In this document: one piece after another, positions 1 to 8,359 of the stretch
How positions within the stretch are numbered: the first letter of the stretch is position 1
Layout of the letters: every line of letters starts with the position of its first letter
NCBI GenBank assembly: GCA_944384515.1
Contig: CALWTU010000020.1
Coordinates: 1 to 53,527 of the forward strand
Origin: an uncultured Clostridia bacterium
GTDB taxonomy: Bacteria > Bacillota > Clostridia > Oscillospirales > CAG-272
DNA: 53,527 bases
Direction: 5' to 3'
The notes under the pieces: model-generated
Seen by the model: only the letters and a program-made list of their open reading frames with translations
Database searches by the model: none
Told to the model about the DNA's origin: nothing
Position numbers and translations under genes: made by a program

Positions 1-2
1 TT

Positions 3-647
3 ATACTTTTAATTGCCGCTCTTTATATTTACAGAGCCGTACGGCTTGTCATAAAGAGAACCATCGCTTACAAAAAAATCAGAGCACTGTGCAATAATCC
101 CAAAATAAAACTTAAGTTTACGAGAAAATTCTTCCCTGCTGTCCTGAAAATGTCGCACGCCCCCGATGTTGTGGCAGAAGTCGGAGACGAAATATATCTT
201 ATGCGCTTTTACAACGGACAGAGAAGACGGAGAATCGTGCATTTTGCAAATGCAGAGTATTCCGCAATATTTTCAATTGTCAGGCACTCAAGCCTCTATT
301 CGTTAGGCAGTCTTCTCAAAAGATCGGGAGAGCAGCAGTCCACAACACAGAGCACAAGAATAAAGGTGCGCATTGTCCCCAAGCTTCAAATTCCAAATGA
401 ATATAAGAATGCCGAAAATGAGGGCAAGAAGATAGTACCCGTGTTGATTTTCAACCCTGCTCCGTCGGATGTCAGCTATGTTACGGACGAGAACAACTCG
501 ATAAAGCTTGCCTTTACCGGCGACAGCTTCAGAGGCATAAAAATATTCACCGCCACAACTGTGGCTGTATATCTTGACCGGGTTGCAAGACATTTGGGCG
601 ACAAGGACTATGACAGATCTCAGATAATGAACGACTACCAATATTAA
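3..647 (+). CDS. hypothetical protein, 5'-truncated by the window edge (hydrophobic N-terminal segment, no nameable domain)
   Basis: The reading frame of ORF 150..647 stays open back to nt 3 (ILLIAALYIYRAVRLVIKR...), so the gene begins upstream of the window. Stop is TAA at 645-647. I recognise no catalytic motif. Confidence 0.5.
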   Translation: MLLIAALYIYRAVRLVIKRTIAYKKIRALCNNPKIKLKFTRKFFPAVLKMSHAPDVVAEVGDEIYLMRFYNGQRRRRIVHFANAEYSAIFSIVRHSSLYSLGSLLKRSGEQQSTTQSTRIKVRIVPKLQIPNEYKNAENEGKKIVPVLIFNPAPSDVSYVTDENNSIKLAFTGDSFRGIKIFTATTVAVYLDRVARHLGDKDYDRSQIMNDYQY

Positions 648-781
648 GGTTATATGTATCGCTCGGTATCGACTCAAAAGAATGTTACAGCCCTGATAAC
701 CGAAAAAAACGGGTTTGATTATTCCGAAGAAAATAACTCTTGTTTCGTAAAAATTAAAAATAAATATGAAAGAGGTGTAGC

Positions 782-1753
782 ATGAGAATTTATCACGACT
801 TTAATTGGGCGATGCTTATCCACTTTATGACTAACTGGTCATATGAGGAAGGAAACACAATCGGCGGAAACAATCCCGAAAAAATATGGGCATCCCCCGC
901 TTCGCCTAAGCTTCGCTTTGACTACAAGGTTTACAGAAAATATCTCGAGGATATGAAAAACAGCGGTGTCAACACCCTTATAATCGACATCGGCGATGCG
1001 CTTATATATAAATCGCACCCAGAGATAGCCGTCGAGGGCGCTTTCACCTATGAAGAGATGGAAAAGGAGCTTAACTATATGGCTTCGATGGGCTTTGAGC
1101 TTATTCCAAAGCTCAATTTCTCTACAACACACGACGTATGGATGAAGGATTACGCGAAAATGGTTTCAACGCCCAAGTATTATGAGGTTGTAAAGGATCT
1201 TATCGACGAGCTAATAGAGCTTTTTAAGCCGAAGTTTTTCCACATCGGTATGGACGAGGAGACATACGAAAACCAGAAAAAATACAATTACGCCGTAGTA
1301 AGGCAGAACGATCTTTGGTGGCACGATTTGTACTATATCGTCGACTGCGTAGAAAAGAACGGCGCGAGAGCGATGATGTGGTCGGATTACGCCAGACACA
1401 AACCTGACGAGTTTATAGAAAAGTGTCCGAAGTCGGTCGTTCAGAACGTGTGGTATTACTTCACTCAGTACGGCGATAACATAGAAGAAAAGTACAGGAT
1501 CAGGGTTATGCCCCTCGACCGCCTTGAGGAGGCGGGATTCGATCAGATGCCTGCGGGAAGTATTGAATACTTTGACGATTGCCTTCCAAAGCTTGTCGAT
1601 TACTGTACCGATAAGATATCGAAGGAGCATCTTCTCGGCTTTGCGCAGACGACCTGGGAGCCTATGATGCCGAAATGGCAAGATTACCTCGACCGTGGAA
1701 ACAAAGCCGTGAAGGAAGCTCGTGAGATCTATTTTGTGAAAACCGGCAAATAA
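782..1753 (+). CDS. TIM-barrel glycoside hydrolase-like protein (GH20-like HIGxDE motif)
   Basis: ATG at 782 is preceded by AAAGAGGTG. It is a clean 323-aa ORF. The FHIGMDE motif resembles the GH20 catalytic HIGGDE. No signal peptide. Confidence 0.55.
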   Translation: MRIYHDFNWAMLIHFMTNWSYEEGNTIGGNNPEKIWASPASPKLRFDYKVYRKYLEDMKNSGVNTLIIDIGDALIYKSHPEIAVEGAFTYEEMEKELNYMASMGFELIPKLNFSTTHDVWMKDYAKMVSTPKYYEVVKDLIDELIELFKPKFFHIGMDEETYENQKKYNYAVVRQNDLWWHDLYYIVDCVEKNGARAMMWSDYARHKPDEFIEKCPKSVVQNVWYYFTQYGDNIEEKYRIRVMPLDRLEEAGFDQMPAGSIEYFDDCLPKLVDYCTDKISKEHLLGFAQTTWEPMMPKWQDYLDRGNKAVKEAREIYFVKTGK

Positions 1754-1926
1754 AATTAAAGGCTCTAGGAACACGACGGGACAGGAACACTTTCCGAGGA
1801 CAAATCGCAAGTCCAATCATGTAAACGGTGTAAAAACGCAAAAGGGTTCAAATCCACCTGTTAAAAAAACAGAATATCTTTTTCGTACGCCTTTTACAAA
1901 AAGAGGCTATCTCATTAAGCTAACCT

Positions 1927-1988
1927 AAAAAAAGAAAAAAGCGACAGCTTTTTACCGAAAGGTATTGAGCTGTCGCTTGCCTTTTTCG
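1927..1988. terminator. bidirectional intrinsic terminator between convergent genes
   Basis: A 10-bp perfect stem, AGCGACAGCT (1940-1949) with AGCTGTCGCT (1968-1977), is flanked by an A-run upstream and a T-run downstream. It can therefore terminate both the plus-strand GH-like gene and the minus-strand valS-LRR-HAD unit. Confidence 0.7.
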
Positions 1989-2086
1989 TTATTTTATAAA
2001 AAAATGGTTTTTAATTTTAATAATAATGTTCGTCGGTTTAACGCCGAAAACACTAAGTGCCGAAAGTGCAAAGTTTTATTTACATT

Positions 2087-2746
2087 TCACCCGAAAAGCA
2101 GACTGTACAGCTCGCCCACATTCTCAAGAAAATAATCACATCTCTGACGCATAAAATTTCTTATCTTCGGTATATTGTATGCCCATGCAGCCGCCGCAAA
2201 GTCAACTCCCGCACTGCGTGCCATATCATACCCGGGCTTGAGGTCGTCTACAACGAGTATCTCGCTTTTGTCAATACCGTATTTATCAATTATATCAAAT
2301 ATTGCATACGGACTCGGCTTTCTCTTATCCTTCGGAAGATCCCAGCCGTACACAACAGTCGGCACGGGCAGTGAGTTATAATCGTAATCTCTCAAAATAT
2401 ACCGCTTATACGAATGAGAGGCAACCGCCACAATTCCGCCGTTTTGATAAAACCGCTCGATTATCTGCCTGATACCGTCATACGTTTTCGGAATATGAGA
2501 GGTCACATAATCCGCCCAGAACTTCTCTTCCTCTTCCACCTCTTTATCGCTGAGCCCTATTTCCTTTGACAAAAATTCGCTTATTCCCGGGTCAAAATTC
2601 CTCTCAAAATACAAATCAAGCGTATATTTGCCGAGAAACTCCGGCCGATAAATTTTCAGGTATTTGAGAAAGCACGGAAAATGTATCTCTTTTGTACTGT
2701 CAACAACCGTGTCGTCATGGTCAAGAACAAGACATTTATATTTCAT
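2087..2746 (-). CDS. HAD-superfamily hydrolase (phosphatase-like)
   Basis: N-terminal HAD motif I, VLDHDDTVVDS (DxDxT). ATG at 2746 follows AAGGAGAGGG. It starts 10 nt after the stop of the upstream LRR gene. Confidence 0.85.
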   Translation of the reverse strand: MKYKCLVLDHDDTVVDSTKEIHFPCFLKYLKIYRPEFLGKYTLDLYFERNFDPGISEFLSKEIGLSDKEVEEEEKFWADYVTSHIPKTYDGIRQIIERFYQNGGIVAVASHSYKRYILRDYDYNSLPVPTVVYGWDLPKDKRKPSPYAIFDIIDKYGIDKSEILVVDDLKPGYDMARSAGVDFAAAAWAYNIPKIRNFMRQRCDYFLENVGELYSLLFG

Positions 2747-2755
2747 ACCCTCTCC

Positions 2756-3691
2756 TTATTGCTTAGGTTCACTGCTCTCTTTTGGTTTTATATTGAGGAA
2801 TGTAACATGCGGCGTTGTGACGGTGCCGTCTGTATGCGCAACGGTTATCGTCCTGCCGTGGGTAAGATACTCCCACATCTCTTTTGAACCGGCAAAAGAA
2901 ATCTCGCGAAGGCTGTCGCAGCCGCTGAAAATATCCTCGTCCTCTATCTCCGCCATATCCCTCGGAAAGGCTATTCTCAAAAGCCCCTTGCAGTCTGCAA
3001 AGGCGTCAAATCCCACTGCCCTCAGAGATATGGGAAGAATAATGCTTTTAAGCGATGAGCAGCCTTTAAATGCTCTGCGTGATATTCTTGTAAGCTCTCG
3101 CGGAAGTTCAACATCCTTGAGCGAGCGGCATCCCTCAAACAGCGACTCGTCAATCAGCGCCATATTGTCAGAGAGCCTTACGCTCTCAAGTCCGAAGCAG
3201 TTTGAAAAACAACTGAATTCTATCAGTATACAACTGTCCGGAATATCTATGTCGGTAAGATTAAAGCAGTACGCAAAAGCCGACGCTCCGATCATCTCGA
3301 CCGACTGCGAAAGCTTCACAAAATTCAAAGACGCACAGCCCTCAAATGCCCCCTCGCCTATTCTCTTAACGCTGTCGGGTATCTCTATACGGCACAGAGA
3401 GGAGCAGGATGAGAACGCCTCATCCCCTATAACCTCTGCTCCGTACTGTATATTGACCTCTTTTAGGTTGGTGCAGCCCATAAACGCCGACGCTCCGATA
3501 GTCTTTACACTTTTGGGAATATTTATCACCTCAAGATTTTTAAAATCCGAAAAAGCGTACTCCGCTATCTCAAGCATACCATCCTCTATGGTTACGGTGC
3601 GGTTTTCCTCACTGTCCTCATAGAGTCCGCGGTACACAACAAGTATCTCGTCGTCCTTTTTCTTCTCTTGGGTTGAGTTGCTCTCTTTCAT
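2756..3691 (-). CDS. BspA-type leucine-rich repeat protein, no signal peptide
   Basis: Repeated ~23-aa units of the form IP.SV..IG..AF.GC.SL (for example IPDSVKRIGEGAFEGCASL). ATG at 3691 follows GGGGAG. It lies 16 nt downstream of the valS stop. Confidence 0.85.
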   Translation of the reverse strand: MKESNSTQEKKKDDEILVVYRGLYEDSEENRTVTIEDGMLEIAEYAFSDFKNLEVINIPKSVKTIGASAFMGCTNLKEVNIQYGAEVIGDEAFSSCSSLCRIEIPDSVKRIGEGAFEGCASLNFVKLSQSVEMIGASAFAYCFNLTDIDIPDSCILIEFSCFSNCFGLESVRLSDNMALIDESLFEGCRSLKDVELPRELTRISRRAFKGCSSLKSIILPISLRAVGFDAFADCKGLLRIAFPRDMAEIEDEDIFSGCDSLREISFAGSKEMWEYLTHGRTITVAHTDGTVTTPHVTFLNIKPKESSEPKQ

Positions 3692-3707
3692 ATTTCACTC
3701 CCCATAT

Positions 3708-6344
3708 TTATTTCAGCTTGTTCAGCGCAACGGTGAGAGACTCCCTTGTCTCAAGGTATTTCTGAAGTTTTGCCCTTTCAGCCTCAACAACTTCCGTTGG
3801 CGCCTTTGCAACAAAGCCGGCATTGTTAAGCTTCTTTTCAAGTCTTTCTATCTCGGCGTCGTTCTTCTTCATCTCAGCGCCGAGCCTTGCCTTTTCTTTC
3901 TCAAAATCAATAACCTCCGCAAGCGGAATATATAAGCTTCCGAGATCTGTTGCTATCATAACCGCGTCATCGGATGTGTACTCATCCAAAAGAATAAGCT
4001 CAGATGCCGAGGCGAGCTTCATGAGAATCTTCTCTGTTGCGAGAAAAGCATCCTTGTATTTTGTAACAACATAAAGCTTTGCCTTCTTTGACGGAGGAAC
4101 ATTCATTTCGCTCCTGCGGCTCCTTATTGCCGTAATGCAGGCTATAATTCTGTTTACATTCTCCTCGTCCTTTGCAAAAATCTTCTTCTCGTCATACAAA
4201 GGATAATCGGATATCATAATCGACTCTGCCGTATGAGGAAGCGCCTGATAAATCTCCTCGGTTATAAACGGCATATAAGGATGAAGCAGCTTAAGCACTC
4301 CGGTGAGAACATACACAAGCACACGCTTTGCACAGAGCGCACTCTCAGTGCCGCTCTCAAATATACGGCTCTTCACCATCTCTATATACCAGTCGCACAG
4401 CTTATCCCATGTAAAGGAATAAATCTCTGAGAGCGCCACTCCTATCTCAAAGTTGTCGATATTGTCGGTAACCGTCTTTATAAGCCTGTTGTACTCGGAG
4501 ATAATCCACTTGTCTTCAACAGCAAGGTTGGCGTCAGAAAAATCAATGCCGAGCAGAGTCCCGTCATCCTCTGTAAGGTTCATCAGCACAAATCTGGATG
4601 CATTCCAGAGTTTGTTTGCGAAGTTTCTCGCCGCCTCTATCTTCTCGTCGGAAAATCTCATATCGTTTCCGGGTGCGTTTCCGGTCGCAAGCGCAAATCT
4701 CAGAGCGTCGGCACCATAGCTCTCGATTATCTTGAGCGGGTCAATGCCGTTGCCGAGTGATTTTGACATCTTTCTGCCCTGTGCGTCTCTTACAAGTCCG
4801 TGGATCAGCACCGTTGAGAACGGCTTTTTACCGGTATGCTCAATTCCGGAGAAAATCATCCTTGATACCCAGAAGGTTATAATGTCATATCCCGTAACAA
4901 GAGTGCTTGTGGGATAGTATCTCTTAAGGTCCTCGGTATTATCCGGCCAGCCCATCGTCGAAAAAGGCCAGAGCGCAGATGAAAACCATGTGTCAAGCAC
5001 ATCCTCGTCCTGTCTCATCCTTCCGCCGCATTTGGGGCATACGCAGATATCCTCTTTTGATACCTCCATATGGGAACAGCTCTCGCAGTAAAATGCGGGA
5101 ATTCTGTGTCCCCACCAAAGCTGACGGGAAATGCACCAGTCAAGTATATTGTTCATCCAGTTAAAGTAGTTTTTAGAAAATCTCTCAGGCACAAACCTTA
5201 CCGAGCCGTTTTCAACAGCCTCGATTGCCGGTTTTGCAAGCGGCTTCATCTTTACAAACCACTGGTCTGAGGTAAGCGGCTCAACCGTTGTGCCGCAGCG
5301 GTAGCACACCCCAACATTGTGTGTATGCTCGGCGGTCTTGACAAGATAACCTTTCTCAAGAAGTTCGCTGACAAGCGCCTTACGGCACACGTATCTGTCA
5401 AGTCCCTCATATTTGCCGGCGTATGAATTCATTGTCGCGTCATCGTTCATAACCTTAATCTGCTCAAGGTTGTGCCTCTGTCCTACAAGAAAGTCGTTGG
5501 GGTCGTGAGCCGGAGTTATCTTAACACAGCCTGTTCCGAATCCTATCTCAACATAGTCATCCGCTATTACGGGTATCTCTCTTCCCACTATCGGAAGAAT
5601 AAGAGTTTTGCCGATAAGATGCTTTGTATTTTCGTCATTGGGGTTTACCGCCACAGCAGTATCTCCGAACATCGTTTCGGGACGGGTAGTGGCTATCTCA
5701 ACAAAGCCGTCCTCCCCCTTTATCGGGTATTTGATGTGCCAGAAATTGCCCGGCATCTCCTTATATTCCACCTCGGCATCAGAGAGTGCCGTGAGGCAGT
5801 GAGGACACCAGTTTATAATTCTGTGGCCTCTGTAAATCAGTCCTTTGTTATAAAGGTTTACAAAAACCTCCCGCACCGCTCTCGAGCAGCCCTCGTCCAT
5901 AGTAAATCTCTCACGGCTCCAATCGCATGAGGAACCGAGCTTTTTAAGCTGGCTTATAATTCTGTCGCCGAACTTATTTTTCCAGTCCCATACTCTCTCG
6001 AGGAATTTATCCCGTCCGAGGTCGTATCTTGTAAGTCCCTCGTTAACTCTGAGGTTTTCCTCAACCTTTATCTGAGTTGCGATTCCCGCATGGTCTGTGC
6101 CGGGTACCCAGAGAGTTGAGTATCCCTGCATTCTCTTTGTTCTGATAAGGATGTCCTGAAGAGTCTGGTCAAGTGCGTGTCCCATATGGAGCTGTCCCGT
6201 AACATTGGGAGGCGGAATAACGATAGAATACGCCGGCTTTGTCCTGTCGGGATCGGGCGCAAAATAATTGCTGTCGCACCAGCTTTTATAAATTCTGTCC
6301 TCAAACTGCGAGGGGTCATAGTTTTTTTCAAGTTCTTTTCTCAT
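3708..6344 (-). CDS. valS: valine--tRNA ligase
   Basis: 878 aa. Class I HIGH-type motif (LHMGHAL), KMSKS motif (KMSKSLGN), the typical ValRS N-terminus and a C-terminal coiled coil. A T-box leader lies upstream. Confidence 0.97.
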   Translation of the reverse strand: MRKELEKNYDPSQFEDRIYKSWCDSNYFAPDPDRTKPAYSIVIPPPNVTGQLHMGHALDQTLQDILIRTKRMQGYSTLWVPGTDHAGIATQIKVEENLRVNEGLTRYDLGRDKFLERVWDWKNKFGDRIISQLKKLGSSCDWSRERFTMDEGCSRAVREVFVNLYNKGLIYRGHRIINWCPHCLTALSDAEVEYKEMPGNFWHIKYPIKGEDGFVEIATTRPETMFGDTAVAVNPNDENTKHLIGKTLILPIVGREIPVIADDYVEIGFGTGCVKITPAHDPNDFLVGQRHNLEQIKVMNDDATMNSYAGKYEGLDRYVCRKALVSELLEKGYLVKTAEHTHNVGVCYRCGTTVEPLTSDQWFVKMKPLAKPAIEAVENGSVRFVPERFSKNYFNWMNNILDWCISRQLWWGHRIPAFYCESCSHMEVSKEDICVCPKCGGRMRQDEDVLDTWFSSALWPFSTMGWPDNTEDLKRYYPTSTLVTGYDIITFWVSRMIFSGIEHTGKKPFSTVLIHGLVRDAQGRKMSKSLGNGIDPLKIIESYGADALRFALATGNAPGNDMRFSDEKIEAARNFANKLWNASRFVLMNLTEDDGTLLGIDFSDANLAVEDKWIISEYNRLIKTVTDNIDNFEIGVALSEIYSFTWDKLCDWYIEMVKSRIFESGTESALCAKRVLVYVLTGVLKLLHPYMPFITEEIYQALPHTAESIMISDYPLYDEKKIFAKDEENVNRIIACITAIRSRRSEMNVPPSKKAKLYVVTKYKDAFLATEKILMKLASASELILLDEYTSDDAVMIATDLGSLYIPLAEVIDFEKEKARLGAEMKKNDAEIERLEKKLNNAGFVAKAPTEVVEAERAKLQKYLETRESLTVALNKLK

Positions 6345-6496
6345 AATAAGCCTTTCATTTATATATATCTTTTTTTAATCAAACTAACCGAGTGAGGGAA
6401 AACCGAGTGATTTTGCCCTCTTTCTGAAATAAGCGACATACTCGGCGTATGCGCCGTCATTTATATAATCGACCGTCTCAGCATAATAAAAATTGA

Positions 6497-6560
6497 GTAG
6501 GTAGAAACCAATCCACCTCTCACACCACCGTACGTGCCGTTCGGCATACGGCGGTTCAAT
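6497..6560 (-). ncRNA. group II intron domain V/VI-like relic (3' fragment only, probably inactive)
   Basis: On the minus strand, 6554..6525 reads CCGCCGUAUGCC-GAAC-GGCACGUACGGUGG. This folds as the canonical domain V: a 9-bp lower stem, an AC bulge, an upper stem and a tetraloop. It carries a CGC triad in place of AGC. A short hairpin ending ...CUACCUAC (to 6497) follows. No domain I-IV and no IEP ORF are present. Confidence 0.5.
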
Positions 6561-6649
6561 TCAAAATTAAATATATGCTACCTTTTGGTAGTAATCGGAA
6601 AGACTGACTAAGCCTCGCTTGGTCAGTTTTTCTGTATGACGGGCATATC

Positions 6650-6684
6650 AAAAAGCCCCGAAGCGAAAATATTCGCTTCGGGGC
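6650..6684 (-). terminator. T-box leader intrinsic terminator
   Basis: Minus strand reads GCCCCGAAGCG-aauauuuu-CGCUUCGGGGC followed by UUUUU. The 5' arm can alternatively pair with the T-box sequence to form the antiterminator. Confidence 0.8.
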
Positions 6685-6895
6685 GTAGTTAACGCTGTAC
6701 CACCCGAATTCAAGGGCATAGCCCTCCTCATAAAACTCCCTAACGCAGAGAATACGCCGAGTCTAATAGGCGACGAAATCCACAGTCAACCGCCGTTCTT
6801 TCGGAATAGGAGCAGGCTACCTTCACACTTCACGCCAAGGAACTTGCACCGACCGTCCCCTCTCTTGTGGCACAAAAGCATTACTCCTCCTGCAA
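6650..6895 (-). promoter_or_regulatory. T-box riboswitch leader (valS)
   Basis: Minus strand 6710..6693 reads AATTCGGGTGGTACAGCG, one mismatch from the T-box consensus AAnnnGGGTGGTACCGCG. AGAGAG and GGTGCAAG elements lie upstream in a stem I-like region. The terminator lies immediately downstream. A candidate Val specifier GUU sits at 6790..6788. Confidence 0.8.
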
Positions 6896-6902
6896 CACAT
6901 TA

Positions 6903-6931
6903 ATTTTAGCACAATATTGTCATTTTGTCAA
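6903..6931 (-). promoter_or_regulatory. sigma-A type promoter of the valS leader
   Basis: Minus strand has TTGACA (6931..6926), a 17-nt spacer, then TAAAAT (6908..6903) with TGc directly upstream (extended -10). Confidence 0.65.
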
Positions 6932-7107
6932 TAAGTCGCACTGAAATTTCATTTAACTTTGATTTTTGCCGAGCCGACAAGAAAAAATTCAGAGAGCTAA
7001 AGCTCTGCTATCATAATACCAATTCTCCCAAACTAAAATAAATTTTTGTGCCTTAGGTAATTCTCTCAAAAAGCGGTACAACCAAAATGTGTATCTTTGC
7101 CGATAAA

Positions 7108-8142
7108 TCAGCATTCTACCGCAATTTTAATAACTCCGTCCCTTTTGCTTTCAAAAAGCTCATATGCCAGATCTATCTCAGAGAGCGGATATGTATGGGT
7201 AATCAGGGGGAGCGTGTCAAGCTTTCCATCTTTTATCAGCGAGAGTATTTCTTCGCAGTCACAGCCGTCCACACCACCTGTTTTGAATGTAAGATTTTTG
7301 CCGTACATATCGGGAAGGGGGAGAATCTGCGCACTGTCGTAAAGTGCCACAACCGTAACCGTGGCATTCGGGCGTGCGCACTCCCATGCAAGTCGGAATG
7401 TGCTCTCCCCGCCTGCCGCCTCTATCACAACATCCGCACCGCCGTGGGGTGTATTTTTCAATACAAAATCAACTGCCATATCGGGTGTTACGGTCAAAAC
7501 ATCCGGGTAATGCAGATTTACAAATTTTATCCGCTCACTGTCCTTTTCACACATAATTATACGCCTTGGTTTTTTGAGCATCACCGAGAGCATTATGCAA
7601 AGACCGGTCGGGCCGGCACCGATAATGAGTACGGTGTCATCCTCGCAGATATCTGATATTTTCGCCGCCCAGAATCCTGTGGCAAGCAGATCTCCGACAA
7701 AGAGCGCCTGACGGTCGGTGACGGTATCCGGAATTTTCTTTAAGGTGCAGTTTGCGTGCGGAACACGGACATACTCTGCCTGCCCGCCGTCTATACGGCA
7801 ACCGAGCGCCCAGCCGCCGTCCTTATCCGTGCAGTTGTTGACAAATCCCCTCTTGCAGAAGAAGCACTCTCCGCAAAAGGTCTCGACATTAACGCATACC
7901 CTGTCTCCTGCTTTGACCTCTGTGACCGCACTGCCAACCTCGACAACCACTCCGACCATCTCATGCCCAACGGTAATGCCCGGCACGGCTCTCGGAACGC
8001 TGCCGTGCTTTATGTGCAGATCACTTGTGCAGATGCTTGCAAGAGTGACTTTCACAACGGCGTCCCCCTTGTCAATAACCGTGGGCTTGGGCTTATCGAG
8101 AAAATCGAATCTACCCTTTTCAATATATGTGAATGTTCTCAT
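7108..8142 (-). CDS. zinc-dependent alcohol dehydrogenase family (MDR) oxidoreductase
   Basis: GHEMVGVVVEVG zinc motif, structural Cys cluster CGECFFC, and Rossmann motif GAGPTGL. I place the start at ATG 8142 (MRTFTY...), preceded by AAGAGG, giving 344 aa. The 28-codon extension to 8226 has no RBS. Confidence 0.85.
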   Translation of the reverse strand: MRTFTYIEKGRFDFLDKPKPTVIDKGDAVVKVTLASICTSDLHIKHGSVPRAVPGITVGHEMVGVVVEVGSAVTEVKAGDRVCVNVETFCGECFFCKRGFVNNCTDKDGGWALGCRIDGGQAEYVRVPHANCTLKKIPDTVTDRQALFVGDLLATGFWAAKISDICEDDTVLIIGAGPTGLCIMLSVMLKKPRRIIMCEKDSERIKFVNLHYPDVLTVTPDMAVDFVLKNTPHGGADVVIEAAGGESTFRLAWECARPNATVTVVALYDSAQILPLPDMYGKNLTFKTGGVDGCDCEEILSLIKDGKLDTLPLITHTYPLSEIDLAYELFESKRDGVIKIAVEC

Positions 8143-8232
8143 TTTACAACCTCTTTTACACCGCAGAGGGCGTTTTTTATCTAAAGTAATAATCTGTTTA
8201 AAGTCAAAATTCACTCTAAAGGTCAATAATGT

Positions 8233-8273
8233 AAAAAACCAAAGGACTGCGCCCGCTGTGCGGCCGCAGTCCT
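8233..8273 (-). terminator. intrinsic terminator downstream of PFOR
   Basis: Minus strand reads AGGACUGCG-gccgcacagcggg-CGCAGUCCU followed by UUGGUUUUUU. Confidence 0.7.
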
Positions 8274-8359
8274 CGGATATTTAAAGCTTTTGTCAGGTTG
8301 ATGCCCTGCCGTGTCAAATTAAACTTCTGTCAGGTCAACCTGAAGTGTCAAATAATCAA

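Noticed and set aside
9-242. 77-aa minus-strand ORF at the window start
   Set aside because: It is antisense to the longer plus-strand ORF that is open to the window edge. It has no RBS or motif.
1840-1862. GGGTTCAAATCC, reminiscent of a tRNA T-loop
   Set aside because: The flanking bases (AAGGG / CCACC) cannot form a T-stem. No acceptor or anticodon arms can be drawn around it, so it is not a tRNA or tmRNA end.
2664-3623. 319-aa plus-strand ORF
   Set aside because: It lies entirely antisense to the well-supported LRR gene. It is S/L-rich and low in complexity, with no RBS. This is a typical shadow ORF of a repeat-containing gene.
7087-7656. 189-aa plus-strand ORF
   Set aside because: It is antisense to the alcohol dehydrogenase family gene, which carries clear zinc-ADH and Rossmann motifs.
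8143-8226. N-terminal extensions offered by the ORF track (for example ADH to 8226, PFOR to 11956, dus to 15345, rimP to 46341, azlD to 27747)
   Set aside because: In each case a downstream ATG with a clear Shine-Dalgarno sequence gives the family-typical length. The upstream start is a TTG or an ATG without an RBS, and in PFOR the TTG overlaps the RBS itself.
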